Assembly (NCBI GenBank): GCA_002269645.1
Contig: NIVC01003676.1
Span: forward strand, 19,410 to 83,409
DNA: 64,000 nt
Direction of reading: 5' to 3'
Source: Macrostomum lignano
Taxonomy: Eukaryota
Part shown: positions 20,621 to 34,045 of the stretch, in pieces
Numbering within the stretch: the stretch's first letter is position 1
Layout: every line of letters starts with the position of its first letter
Translations under genes and position numbers: made by a program
The notes under the pieces: generated by a model
Databases searched by the model: none
Told to the model about the DNA's origin: nothing
What the model saw: only the letters and a program-made list of their open reading frames with translations

Positions 20621-23539
20621 CCCTGCAACCTCTTTGAGAACTTCGTGTCAGGTTTTGATCTGCAAGGCGCTGTTTACATGTATATATAGTGTCTACGCGG
20701 AAATACTGCTAACTGAAGGCATACATGAAAATCCAGGTTCCTTATTAACTCATACCGATCGCGTCGAATTTGCGTTCCTAAAGTTACATGTATTTACCGG
20801 CAAATTTTATCAAGTTCAAAAATGCTGCTCGCCTGATCATTTTTTGTAAAACAATTACTCTTGAGTTTATATAAAAATTTATTGCAGTTACTTAACTCAG
20901 AAAGCTTTTGAAATTGAAACAATTCGTTAAAACCAGAAATTTAATTCCAAATTTAAATGTGGACCTTCGATTATCGGAATTTTATTTATTAGTATATTGT
21001 TACATTGACACATGACATACATGCTTAGCCTACTGAGTCTCACTCCAACCGGCGCCGTGCAACCTCTCTTAAATTTAATTTATGTTGAGTTGGTGATCAA
21101 GACTAGCCCTATCGAATAATTAGGCAGAGACGGAGCAGGGCATGGTTAGACTTGAGTCACACAATGTGTTGTATCAAAAAGTTGAATGTAAATTATGCCT
21201 AGGGGCCTATCTGAAACAGGGTTTTTTTATGCAAATAGGGTGTAGTTTACACCCTGAAATTTGGATTTGACCCACTTGGCACTTTTTTGGCACTGGATGC
21301 AACTTGTGCATCTGTATTTTTTTAGATCAAGATGCATGCAAGTCATTTTTTAGCAAAAGTTACAAATAAAACATCATGCAGACATGTATAAATATATTGT
21401 TTCAATACTTTTTTGCATCTTCATTGAATACTTTCCCTAAATTTAGACCTAGATGCAAGTTGCATCCTGGTTTTCATATTTGTATCCATTTTTAGGCTTG
21501 AGTTGCAAGCTTGCAAGTTGCATCCACATTTTTGCCAATTTTGGTAGAAAAAACCTGATCTGAAAGTTAATGAGCTCTGTTGCTCATGGAATAATGACAT
21601 GACATGACTCACTTTATATGTAATCAAATAAAACTGATTTATTTGAAAATGCCCTGGCATTTAAAAAAATAAGCCTAACCTTAATTAATTTTTAAGAAGA
21701 TAGCTAATTAGGCCTAATGTCCTATGTCCACAGTCCACACAATTTGCACAAGATGTGGTCGTGCACATGTTTAATTTTTGAAATTACCCAACTTATGATT
21801 TAGGCCTAGTACTACACTCATGACTTATAGCAAGTAATAAGCCTACTGACTAAAAAGAAAACTAAGTAGTTAGGCCTAGGCCTTACCCAAATCTAACTCA
21901 AATTTAATTTTTAATACATTTGATTTTGCTCAGGTTAGCCATTTAGCCTAGTTGCCAAGGGTGTACATCAAAATAGCTATATGCAAAATGGCCTCACAAA
22001 ACAGCCAAATATCAACTCAACTTGTGCTAGACAGTAGACATAGTATAAACATAGACTTATGCTAGACGTATTATATAGTTCTTAGACTAGGCCTAAATGA
22101 GTGAGGTGACAGTTTTTCTCATTGTTTGCTAAGCTGTATGTAGGCAGACACAAAGTTTTCTCTTTCTAAAACTGTTCATCTACTAGGAAATAAAGATAGG
22201 AATGCAGAGTAAGGTTAGAGTTGGAGCTAGGCCTACCTAACAATCTTTTTGTTGATATTGTTAAAACTCTACAAGGGTTGGTCTCTTTAAATATGACAAT
22301 CTATACTAGCTTATATATACATGCCATTATAAAAAAAAGGGTTTAAAAAGGGAGAAACATGCGACAATAATAGATTTGAAATAATAGGGAGCCTACAGAG
22401 ACTTTTGTCTATTATATAAATTTAATCCCTAATTAATTAGGGTAGAGTCCCCAATTATTCTCTTGCTTGTTCACTCTTATCCTAGGCCTATTTTTGTCAC
22501 TTTTTGCCAAATCTAGCTTCCTAGTATTATTCCCAGCAGTATTATATTTTATTTGTATATATGATTTATTTAGGTTCCATTTTATGAGTTTAAGTTTATA
22601 TATAGGCTAGATAGATAGATACAAAGATGCTAAAGAGTCAGAGACTCTTAGTGTTCATACACTCACGAAAAAACTCAGAGGTAGGAAGTGGCCTTTTAAG
22701 TAAGGTAAGATAGATAGCCTTTTAAGTAGGCTGAGGTAGATGGCCTAAAGGTCACTCACTAGTAAAGGTCTTTAGAAATGTCTAAATACATGTATGTCTA
22801 AGACAATATGGGTTGCATGGTAGATTGAGCATGATGATAACAAGGGGGTTCATTTCCCTGCATCCATAGCTATGTAACACATGGTTGAGAAATTGCGCTG
22901 TTGCACTAGTAGAATTGTAGCTAGATGTCTAGTTCTTGCCAAAAAATGTCTACCATCTGCTTTGCCATGCTGCACTCTTGCCAAAGCTTAGATGGTGGGG
23001 TGCTACCAACTGGGGTCTACTTGGCCAACTGCTACTTAGTCTCTAGGTCAAAACTGTAAATCTAGGACTTGTCACTATTGACAATATCCCAGACTAAGTT
23101 TGAGTTACCTGCATTGAATCTGTTGAGCATGGTGCACCACTAGGTCACCCAAGCCTTCTTCTGTTCCATAGTCAGCTGATGAGGCACCTAGCATATAGAA
23201 ATCTTGCTCAGGTTGAGCTGTGAATGCAGAATTGTCCTGATGGATCCCAATGAGATGCCCTATTGCAGCGCATGGCTTAAGTACGCCAGACACCTACACA
23301 ACCTGCGCCACGCTGTGAAATGACTTACCTGTGAAAGAAACCCAAAAGCAAAATTAACGCAGTTTTGGGTAAACGGCAGGAGTAACTATTACTGTCTTAT
23401 CAAGCCTAAATGCCTCGGCATCTAATTAGTACCGCGCCGCGCTGTACTAATCGCCGTGTGCTGTATGCGCCGCGCCGTATTAGATCCGCGCCAGACGCCG
23501 TCCGCCAAAATGCCCATGCGCTGCAATCAGGATGAGATG

Positions 23540-23810
23540 CCCACCTCTGCCTCTATCTAAGCCGCAGTGACTTAAGCATCATCCTCAACCATGGCCCAAA
23601 TAGCAGCAACATTCTCCTCTTTTGTTGCAGAGACAGGCTAGTTGCTGCGCTCTTCATCATCCAGCCTCTGCCTGCCACATCAAAATTTGGCAAACCATTA
23701 AAAATGGAGGATCTAGATGGTGCTTCATCCCCAAAAGCTCTTTAGAATCATTCAAAACTTTCTTGCTATTGCAAACCACTTTTAAAATGTGAAATCATGT
23801 TCTGAAATCA
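23540..23810 (-). mobile_element. Decayed mariner transposase N-terminus
   Basis: Translates as AFGDEAPSRSSIF / WFAKF*CGRQRLDDEERSN*PVSATKEENV, matching FGDEAPS...WF..F..GR..L.DE.RSGRP. Confidence 0.75.
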
Positions 23811-24039
23811 TGGCTCTAAAATGACTTCTATTGAGCTCCATTTTGAATTTGAGAGATAAAGTAGGTATGCTAGCTTGTTTTGTGTGCTGCATTGGCTATA
23901 TATGACCAGTATGTCTGAAATGTTACAAACATTATACTTGTATAATGTACTTGATGCATTAATGCATTTGATGTCTGATTTTGTCAGCCGCCTCTCAACT
24001 ATGCACATCCAGATTCCAGAAACTTATTGCTTACCCCTT

Positions 24040-24660
24040 GTATGAGAGATTTTAATGCTCCCCTCATGGTTGACAGCAAGCTGGTGAAGAACAGATCTAG
24101 ATGTCTGAATGCCAACTCTCCTTTGTTGATAGACTTCAGAGAAGCTGATCCCTCTTAATAGCTACTTTGGTGTGCTTGGGCGCAACCTTTGGATTCACTC
24201 AGCCATTTCTATTGGCAACACACATGTATGTTGCTATTGGACAGAATAGTAGTCACAATCGGAATGTGAGGTATCACTCTGGATTTTATGTTCCCTAAGC
24301 TCCTCAATTTGATCCTGAGGAACAGACTGCTGCCAGTCATCTATCTGCTTCTGCTAGATGCTCAGAGTGGTTTCAGCCTAGGAAGATCTACTGTCGAATA
24401 AGATTACTACTGTCCATAGCATCACTGAGTCCTATGTGATATGGCAAAATTTGATGACCTTTGTTTTTGTTGACTTCCACAAAGCCTTTGACTCAATTGT
24501 TCACTTTGCTATTGGGTGGCTCCACTCCTACTAATGTTCCACCAATTCTGGTGGTGGCCATCATTGACCTCTATTCTGACATCCACACTTTTGTCAAAAT
24601 GAAGAAAGATATAATCAAGGCTTTCATTACCAGTTTTGGCATCTTGCATCCCCACATTTT
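24040..24660 (+). mobile_element. Decayed non-LTR retrotransposon reverse transcriptase fragment
   Basis: LILRNRL, FVDFHKAFDSI and VPPILVVAIIDLYSD...AF.TSFGIL, across frameshifts. Confidence 0.72.
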
Positions 24661-25369
24661 CTGGGGAAAAACTTACAAATGTTTTCTGTCAAACTGTTGA
24701 ATTACAGGGTGATAGGCAAAATGGATTACTCACAGTGCACAGTGTTATCTTTTTTGGGATACCCATTACATATACATACATTGAAAATTTATACATGTAT
24801 GTGTATATATATGTGTGTATGTGTATGTATATGTATATATATTACATAATTGGTATATATATACGCATATATATTTTCTAAACAATATACATATTAGGTA
24901 AATATGTGTATGTGTATATAAGCTATATAAAGCTATGTAAAAATATATTAAAAAAATTAAATATTTTGAAAATTTATATAAATGGACAAAGCAAATGAGC
25001 AAAGTGTAAAATAAGCCAAAAATTGAAGTATATAATATATACTAACCTATAATAAAATGCAATATTCATCATAATTTAACTAGCAAAAAATTCAACATTA
25101 TACTTGATTATAACAGGCTTCTCTTATAATCTAGATTGTATTTGCTTAAGATTTTTATTGCTTCATAATTTTTAAATAGGATTGTACAAAGTCATTAACT
25201 ATTGTATTCAGTTTTTTAAATGAGTGATAGGGACCATCTTAGTTTGTGCCTCTGTAGTTGATAGCCTAGTCCTTTTATAGCTAGTGCTCCACTCCCTTTG
25301 TAGCTAGTCCCTAGTGACCTAGCCTTTGTAGCTAATGCCCCAGCCTCTATATCTAGTGGTGCCCCACCC

Positions 25370-26785
25370 CCTCTGTAGCCAGTGCCCCACCTCCTCTGTA
25401 GCTGGTGCCCTATCCCATCTATCCCCTCTGTAGCTGGTGCCCCATCCCCCCTATCCCCTCTGTAGCTAGTGCCCCATCCCCCTTATCCCTTCTGTAGCTG
25501 GTGCCTCATTCCCTCTATCCCCTCTGTAGCTGGTGCCCCATCCCCTCTATCCCCTCTGTAGCTGGTGCCCCATCCCCTCTATCCCCTCTGTAGCTGGTGC
25601 CTCATTACCTCTATCCCCTCTATAGCTGGTGCCCCATCCCATCTATCCCCTCTGTAGCTGGTGCCCCATCCCCTCTATACCCTCTGTAGCTGGTGCCCCA
25701 TCCCCTCTATCCCCTCTGTAGCTGGTGCCCCATTCCCTCTATCCCTTCTGTAGCTGGTGCCCCATCCCCTCTATCCCTTCTGTAGCTGGTGCCTCATTCC
25801 CTCTATCCCCTCTGTAGCTGGTGCCCCAGCCCCCATTCCCTCTGTAGCTGGTGCCCCATCCCCTCTATCCCCTCTGTAGCTGGTGCCCCATCCCCTCTAT
25901 CCCCTCTGTAGCTAGTGCCCCATCCCCCTTATCCCTTCTGTAGCTGGTGCCTCATTCCCTCTATCCCCTCTGTAGCTGGTGCCCCATCCCCTCTATCCCC
26001 TCTGTAGCTGGTGCCCCATCCCCTCTATCCCCTCTGTAGCTGGTGCCTCATTACCTCTATCCCCTCTATAGCTGGTGCCCCATCCCATCTATCCCCTCTG
26101 TAGCTGGTGCCCCATCCCCTCTATACCCTCTGTAGCTGGTGCCCCATCCCCTCTATCCCCTCTGTAGCTGGTGCCCCATTCCCTCTATCCCTTCTGTAGC
26201 TGGTGCCCCATCCCCTCTATCCCTTCTGTAGCTGGTGCCTCATTCCCTCTATCCCCTCTGTAGCTGGTGCCCCAGCCCCCATTCCCTCTGTAGCTGGTGC
26301 CCCATCCCCTCTATCCCCTCTGTAGCTGGTGCCCCATCCCCTCTATCCCCTCTGTAGCTGGTGCCCCATCCTGTCTATCCCCTCTGTAGCTGGTGCCCCA
26401 TCCCCTCTATCCCCTCTGTAGCTGGTGCCCCATCCTGTCTATCCCCTCTGTAGCTGGTGCCTCATCCCCTCTATCCCCTCTGTAGCTGGTGCCCCATCCC
26501 CTCTATCCCCTCTGTAGCTGGTGCCCCATCCCCTCTATACCCTCTGTAGCTGGTGCCCCATCCCCTCTATCCCCTCTGTAGCTGGTGCCCCATCCCCTCT
26601 ATCCCCTCTGTAGCTGGTGCCTCATTACCTCTATCCCCTCTATAGCTGGTGCCCCATCCCATCTATCCCCTCTGTAGCTGGTGCCCCATCCCCTCTATAC
26701 CCTCTGTAGCTGGTGCCCCATCCCCTCTATACCCTCTGTAGCTGGTGCCCCATCCCCTCTATCCCCTCTGTAGCTGGTGCCCTAT
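25370..26785. repeat. 32-bp minisatellite (GTAGCTGGTGCCCCATCCCCTCTATCCCCTCT), about 44 copies
   Basis: Direct read. Confidence 0.96.
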
Positions 26786-26883
26786 CTCTTTTAGCTAAAT
26801 TAATAACGTACATTAAATAAAGAATAAATAAAATGTGATGAAATTTCTGACTGCTACAGTAAACCCAATAGCCAATCAATACA

Positions 26884-27388
26884 ATGGAGAAGCCGCAAAT
26901 CATTGCTCACGTGCAGAAGTCGCTTAATTACACGCTGTACGACTGCAAGTGGTTGCCAGGTACAGCCAGATTCGCTGTGGTTGGCTCGCATCCCCGAGGC
27001 ACTGGCGCGCTGCAGATGTACGAAATTGCCCAAGGCGATGTGACCATTAAATTGGACACCGAAAAGGCCAAATCTTTTAAATGTTGCACCTTTGGCGCCT
27101 CGCTACCCGGTCGGAGTCACCTGGCAACTGGGGATTTCAATGGCCAGTTACACGTATGGGATGTTGACAAGCCGGAAGTGCCAGCTTATTCGGTCAAGGC
27201 GCATCAAGAAATTGTCAACACGATTGATGCAGTTGGTGGCACCGTAGGCGAGGGCGCGCCAGAAATCGCCACAGGATCTCGGGATGGCTCTGTCCGAGTG
27301 TGGGATCCCAGGCAGCCCAATGACCCCGTGGCCTGCATGGAGTCGGATGATAAGGCTACGGCTAGGTGAGAGAAATCCTGTTTGCTAG

Positions 27389-27429
<41 letters not shown>

Positions 27430-27450
27430 GTCTATCTATCCATCTATCTG

Positions 27451-27497
<47 letters not shown>

Positions 27498-27665
27498 GTC
27501 TATCTATCTATCTATCTATCCATCTATCTGTCTATCTATCTGTCTATCTATCTGTCTATCTATCTATCTATCTATCTATCTGTCTATCTATCTATCTATC
27601 TATCTGTCTGTCTGTCTATCTATCTACCTATCTATCTATCTGTCTATATATCTATCTATCTTTCC

Positions 27666-27701
<36 letters not shown>

Positions 27702-27717
27702 GTCTGTCTATCTATCC

Positions 27718-27761
<44 letters not shown>

Positions 27762-27762
27762 G

Positions 27763-27793
<31 letters not shown>

Positions 27794-28547
27794 GTCTATC
27801 TATCTATCTATCTATCTGTCTATCTATCCATCTATCTATCTATCCATCTATCTATCTATCTATCTATCTGTCTATCTGTCTATCTATCTATCTATCTTTC
27901 TATCTACTCATCTACTAATACTAATACTAATATCTAACCAGTCGCCGCCAACCCTAACTGCCCGCAGAGACTGCTGGGCTGTCGCATTCGGGGACGCGTT
28001 CAACTCAACAGAGCGCTGCCTGGTCTCCGGCTACGACAATGGCGACTTGAAACTATTCGACCTGCGAGCCATGGCCCTGCGCTGGGAGACCAACTTAAAG
28101 AATGGCATCTGTGGACTAGAGTTCGATAGACGCGACATACCGGCTAATAAACTGGTGGCGTCCACTTTGGAAGGCAAATTTCACGTGTTCGACATGAGAA
28201 CTCAGCATCCTAATAAGGGATTTGCCAGCCTCACCGAACGAGCTCATAAATCCACTGTTTGGTGCGCCAGGCACCTGCCGCAGAATCGCGACGTATTTAT
28301 GACCTGCGGCGGTTCCGGCGGCCTCTGTCTATGGCAATACAGCTATCCCACTGCTCGCGTTGCTAAGGACTCAGATGGGCTTGACTACGGCGTAGCCGGC
28401 ACAGTGGCACTGCTGCAGAATGTCACTCTGAGCACACAGCCTGTGGCTTCGTTCGATTGGAGTCCGGATAAGCTCGGCCTTGGTATTTGCGCTTCATTTG
28501 ACCAGTGCCTTCGAGTGCTTATTGTTACTAAGCTGAATAGGCTGTGA
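26884..28547 (+). CDS. WDR92: WD repeat protein 92 / dynein axonemal assembly factor 10; exons 26884-27365 and 27968-28547
   Basis: [44 protein letters not shown]|[35 protein letters not shown]; phase-2 GT-AG intron. Confidence 0.95.
27388..27905. repeat. (TATC)n microsatellite filling the WDR92 intron
   Basis: Direct read. Confidence 0.97.
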
Positions 28548-28779
28548 ATTTCCTTACTGACTTGTGTTATCTACAATGCATATACGCTTCTAGGCAACTC
28601 TTTAGCCGATCCCCCAAAAAAGACCTTGAAACGTCATTAATAGGTATTTGCTGCACTAAAATGTTCCCGAGAATTTCGCAGCCTAACTTGAAGTATCTCA
28701 CTTGAGCGGCCCCTATGAATTTTTCTAACCTCAAATTTTCCCTAATCCGGCCCTAAGAAATTAGCCTAACAGCCTAATC

Positions 28780-29175
28780 CGAATCTAAGACTCCCCCCTA
28801 ATCCGCCCTCTAAGAATCCTCCCTAATCCGCTCCTAAGACTCCTCCCTAATCCGCCCCTAAGAATCCTCTCTAATTCGCCCCTAAGAATCCTCTCTAATC
28901 CGAACGTAAGACTCCTCCCTAATCCGCCCTCTTAGAATCCTTCCTAATCCGCCCCTAAGAATCGTCCCTAATCCGCCCCTAAGAATCGTCCCTAAATTGC
29001 CCCTAAGAATCGTCCCTAATCCGCCCATAAGAATCCTCCCTAATCCGCCCATAAGAATCCTCCCTAATTTGCCCCTAAGAATCGTCCCTAATCCGCCCCT
29101 AAGAATCGTCCCTAATCCGGCCCTAAAAATCCTCCCTAATCTGCCGTAAGAATCCTCTCTAATCTGCCCCTAAGA
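28780..29175. repeat. 24-bp minisatellite (CTAATCCGCCCCTAAGAATCCTCC)
   Basis: Direct read. Confidence 0.93.
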
Positions 29176-29589
29176 AACCATATTCTACTGTTTCAATTCA
29201 ATTTATTAACTTAAAGCAACATTCCATTAGGAGTAATAAAGTAAAATATTCTACTGATTTGTTAGTAGTATGAAGAGTTAAATACAGTAATAAAATTTTC
29301 TCATTCCGTCCTACGAAAAGTTTCGCAGTGCTTTTTTGTTTACTGACTTTTGCACAATGAATTCCTTGCTTAATAAACGCGTGTTGCTGCAGCTCAGTGT
29401 CTTATGCAAAGGTACATTAGTTTCGACTGTTAGTATACCTGTCAGCTAATTATACTTGTCCATCATTCTGATTTTGTCCGCTAGACTTAATTTGATCGAT
29501 GTAAAACATGCGCGCAAATGTTTAATGCAGTTAAAATTTCTCTTTTGTGTGGTGTTAGTTATTTTTGTTTCGCGTACTTTTCTGGCTGT

Positions 29590-30180
29590 GTATCTATCTA
29601 CCAACTATTTGACTACTAGGTATCCATCTATCTACCAGATATCCATCTATCTACCAGATATCCATTTATGTATCAGATATCCATCGATCTATCTTCCAGA
29701 TATCCATCTATCTAATCTACCAGTTATCCATCTATCTAATCTACCAGATATCCATCTATCTAATCTACCAGATATCCATCTATCTAATCTACCAGATATC
29801 CATCTATCTAATCTACCAGATATCCATCTATCTAATCTACCAGATATCCATCTATCTAATCTACCAGATATACATCTATCTAATCTACCAGATATCTATC
29901 TATCTAATCTACCAGGTATCTATCTATCTTATCTACCAGATATACATCTATCTAATCTACCAGATATCCATCTATCTAATCTACCAGATATCCATCTATC
30001 TTATCTACCAGATATCCATCTATCTAATCTACCAGATATCCATCTATCTAATCTACCAGATATCGATCTATCTAATCTACCAGATATCCATCTATCTAAT
30101 CTACCAGATATCCATCTATCTAATCTACCAGATATCCATCTATCTAATCTACCAGATATCCATCTATCTAATCTACCAGC
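29590..30180. repeat. 24-bp minisatellite (ATATCCATCTATCTAATCTACCAG)
   Basis: Direct read. Confidence 0.94.
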
Positions 30181-30223
30181 TACCCATCGATCTAAAACGC
30201 ATTGCTGGCGGGTCTCAAAGCAG

Positions 30224-30711
30224 ACTCAATACCAGAAGTAGCAGCAACAGCAACAACTCAGTCAACATTGCAGCAGAATCGCACTACTCACAATATTAGT
30301 ACAGCTACTAATTGGCAGTCGCCAGCAGCGACAAAGCCTAGTCGACGCTCATTCGACGCTGAATTTGTAGACGATCTCGACGCTCCGAACAGTGGAGCGG
30401 ATTCGAGTGCGCACCGCAGCCGCCGACAGACTCTGTGCGTCAGCGAAATTCATCGACTGCTGCAACTGCCGCCTATCGATGAGAATTCTCAGCTGGTGAT
30501 GAGGTCCCGGTATCGATTCGATGATAGGGCGGCCGCCGCCGCGGCTGCCGCTGCTAAGGATTGCCCATTGCCCAGCCTCCCGGTGCCTCATCAGCGCAGG
30601 TTGAGTCTGCCCTCTCTGCCTATATTGGATAGTGTCAGCGAATTGCCCGAGACTGGAGCGGATGCATCTGGTGGTTCTTCTGTGCTCAATGCGACTACTC
30701 GTTCCAGCTAG
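30224..30711 (+). CDS. Probable terminal coding exon of an unidentified low-complexity protein; upstream exons not found
   Basis: GC-rich open frame of about 160 codons after an AAAGCAG acceptor; no family recognised. Confidence 0.4.
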
Positions 30712-30734
30712 GGCTTTGTTCAGGAATTTAGCTT

Positions 30735-31312
30735 AAGATTAGGCTAATGTCTATGGTCTGGCTAAGATCTAGGGTCTTACTAATGTGCTAATGTCTATGG
30801 CCTGTCTAAGATCTAGGGTCTGGCTAATGTCTATGGTCTGGCTAAGATCTAGGGTCTGGCTAATGTCTATGGTCTGGCTAAGATCTAGGGTCTGGCTAAT
30901 GTCTATGGTCTGGCTAAGATCTAGGTTCTGGCTAATGTCTATGGTCTGGCGAATGTCTAGGGCCTGGCTAAGATCTAGGGTCTGGCTAATGTCTATGTTC
31001 TGGCTAAGATCTAGGTTCTGGCTAATGTCTAGGGTCTGGCTAAGATCTAGGTTCTGGCTAATGTCTAGGGCCTGGCTAAGATCTAGGTTCTGGCTAATGT
31101 CTAGGGCCTGGCTAAGATCTAGGTTCTGGCTAATGTCTAGGGTCTGGCTAAGATCTAGGTTCTGGCTAATGTCTAGGGCCTGGCTAAGATCTAGGTTCTG
31201 GCTAATGTCTAGGGCCTGGCTAAGATCTAGGTTCTGGCTAATGTCAAGGGCCTGGCTAAGATCTAGGGTCTGGCTAATGTCTACGGTCTGGCTAAGATCT
31301 AGGGTCTGGATA
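30735..31312. repeat. 36-bp (2x18) minisatellite (GGCTAAGATCTAGGGTCTGGCTAATGTCTATGGTCT)
   Basis: Direct read. Confidence 0.94.
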
Positions 31313-32054
31313 ATGTACCCTTTGACTTTACTCTGGCAGAAGTTCACATCCAGGATGTGAATAATATATATTCTGTACTTCTTCTGTATCCCCTAAGTTT
31401 AAGCTTATGGAATAGTTTTTCATAGTTGTGCGTTTATTGAACTATCTTCCAAGAAGTTAATATTGCTTTAACTTATTTAGCATGCTGTTGATCACATTAA
31501 TGTTTGGAATTATTCTGTGAGTTTCATATTTTTGCCATTCATTTTTAACGTTTTAATAAAGTGACACCCATTCCACTTTTTATTTTCGAACACTCAAATA
31601 TATATTTTTTTTATGAAAGTCAATAACGATATTTTTGTTAATAAAATTATTATGCGTCAACTTGAAATAAATTTTTTTCTAAGCATGTAGTTCGCAAGCT
31701 GCTTTTGTCGTGTATCGAGTTTTAATTTAGTTGTCTTTGCGTTTAAAAGTTTATTTTTAGATGAAGCATTCAACCTGTGTTTTCGGCCATAAATCATTGT
31801 TGAACATCATAGAGCTGTTTAAAACAATTTTAAAAACTCCGTAAAAACTTAGTTTAAAATACCTATTTATATAAAAATGTCTATGGTAAGATATAGGTAG
31901 TCAATACAATTGATCTTGCCAGCTAATTTTTATTGTAAAAAGTTAAAAGCCAATATTTTCCAATTAAACCATATTTTCTGTGTGCTATTACGTTTTAATT
32001 TTTTTTGTCTAGCAGTTTATGTACAAAAATGTATAAAGATTTACTTTATTATAT

Positions 32055-32495
32055 ATCTATACCCCCAATGTACACACGCCTGCTGAGCCAACCCCTACTC
32101 CCAATCTACCCACGCCTGCTGAGCCAACCCCTAACCCCAATGTACACACGCCTGCTAAACCAACCCCTACCCCCAATGTACACACGCCTGCTGAGCCAAC
32201 CCCTACCCCCAATGTACACACGCCCGCTGAGCCAACCCCTAACCCCAATGTACACACGCCTGCTGAGCCAACCCCTACTCCCAATCTACCCACGCCTGCT
32301 GAGCCAACCCCTAACCCCAATGTACACACGCCTGCTAAACCAACCCCTACCCCCAATGTACACACGCCTGCTGAGCCAACCCCTACCCCCAATGTACACA
32401 CGCCTGCTGAGCCAACCCCTACCCCCAATGTACACACGCCCGCTGAGCCAACCCCTACCCCCAATGTACACACGCCTGCTGAGTCAACCCTTACC
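32055..32495. repeat. 36-bp minisatellite (CCCCAATGTACACACGCCTGCTGAGCCAACCCCTAC), about 12 copies with a duplicated 4-unit block
   Basis: Direct read; variant units recur with a 144-bp period. Confidence 0.93.
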
Positions 32496-33433
32496 CACAA
32501 TCTTTTACAAGTAGTTTATTCTTCATTCTCTCTTTTCAACCTTAAATCATCGATTTAGGAGTTCAATAGAAAAATATTTTTAATTGTCCTTTTTACGTTC
32601 AAAATATTGCTTTCTATAAATACCTTAAGAACCTAAGGTAGCTTGTCTCATTCATTACTGTTTTTAATTAAACTACACTATTGTGTTTATTCAACCTCGT
32701 TATACGAGTGCAGTATCGACTACTCATGAGTAGTTTTTTCGGTGTTATATTTTTTGTCGCTTTGTTTTTATAATCTGGCGTGTGTGCAATAAAAACAGTA
32801 ATTTTGTTTTTTTTGTAAACGATCTCTACTAGTAAATTAACCATTTTACTGATTATATTATTGTTTTCATGTCATTTATAACCCTTACCGACCTATTTTT
32901 AAATCCAGCTTTTTGGTTGGTCCATTTTGCTTGTATTATTAAACTTTGTCGTAATGGCTGTTTGACATTTATTGAATTAGTCTACGATATATATTAACGT
33001 ATATATAAGATATTTACTAGTTATACATTATACTTTTTCGAAAAAATCGAAAAAGCAGAACAAAGAATTTTTCTTTGTGTTTTTTGTAAAAATTGAACAT
33101 TATTATTTTTAGTTTAGTATAAATTAATGACTGGTTTTAATAGATTTAGTAAATCAAAATGGGATCTCACAAGTAGTACAAAAAGTGATAAATGCGTGGG
33201 ATGTAGAGATGGGATTAAAATAGCGATGGGATAGGATAGAAGATCTAGGATAGAAGATATAGGATAAGCATATAAGATATAGGATAGAATAGAATATATA
33301 TGATGAGAATAGAAGCTATAGTATAGATTAGAAGAGATAGGATAGAGATAGAAGATATAGACTAGGGATACAATATGCACAGAGATAGGATAGATATATT
33401 ATAGTTAATATCGCACCAATCCCCGTTGCTTGC

Positions 33434-34045
33434 ATGTTGCCAGCCATGTCTTCAACATCCGGCGATTCGTCCGCTATACCCGCCCCGGTGAAATGGGCCC
33501 AGCGCAACGACAAGCTGTACTTGACAATCTGCTTGGAGGATGTGCAGAACAAGCAGTTGGATCTCACTAGCAACCGGCTGACCTTCACCGGGGTTGGCGG
33601 CACCGACCGCAAGCCGCACTCCACTGTCATTGACTTCTACGCCGAAGTGAACCCCGACGAGAGTCTGCAGATGGCCAACGATCGCGAGATAGTGATGAGC
33701 ATTCGCAAGAAGGAGCCCGGCCCTTATTGGCCCCGCCTGACTGCCGACAAGGTCAAACGGCACTGGATCAAAACTGATTTCAATCGCTGGGTTGATGAAG
33801 ACGAAGGACCTGGCGGAGATGAGGATGGCGGCGGTTTCGGCGCTAACGACAACCAACTCGAGTCGATGTTGGCCCAGATGGGCGGCGGTTTCGGCGGTGC
33901 CGGTGGCGGCGCCGGCGGAATGGACTTTTTGAAAGGCGACGAAGAGGACTTCGATTTAGGCGACGGCGAAGGTCTGGAGGCTGACGGACCGGATGGGAAT
34001 GGGGAGAAAGACGGCGAGGATGAGGAGATTCCGCCGCTGGAGTGA
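33434..34045 (+). CDS. PTGES3: HSP90 co-chaperone p23 (prostaglandin E synthase 3), intronless; ATG at 33434 or 33446
   Basis: VKWAQRNDKLYLTICLED, YWPRLTADKVKRHWIKTDFNRWVDEDE, Gly/Met-rich segment and acidic tail ending IPPLE. Confidence 0.93.
   Translation: MLPAMSSTSGDSSAIPAPVKWAQRNDKLYLTICLEDVQNKQLDLTSNRLTFTGVGGTDRKPHSTVIDFYAEVNPDESLQMANDREIVMSIRKKEPGPYWPRLTADKVKRHWIKTDFNRWVDEDEGPGGDEDGGGFGANDNQLESMLAQMGGGFGGAGGGAGGMDFLKGDEEDFDLGDGEGLEADGPDGNGEKDGEDEEIPPLE

Noticed and set aside
23105-23335. Minus-strand ORF with splice-like ends
   Set aside because: No recognisable product or consistent partner exons; it lies in decayed CpG-depleted TE sequence.
27366-27967. YLSI-repeat N-terminus of the 393-aa ORF
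   Set aside because: It is the (TATC)n intron of WDR92; real coding resumes at 27968.
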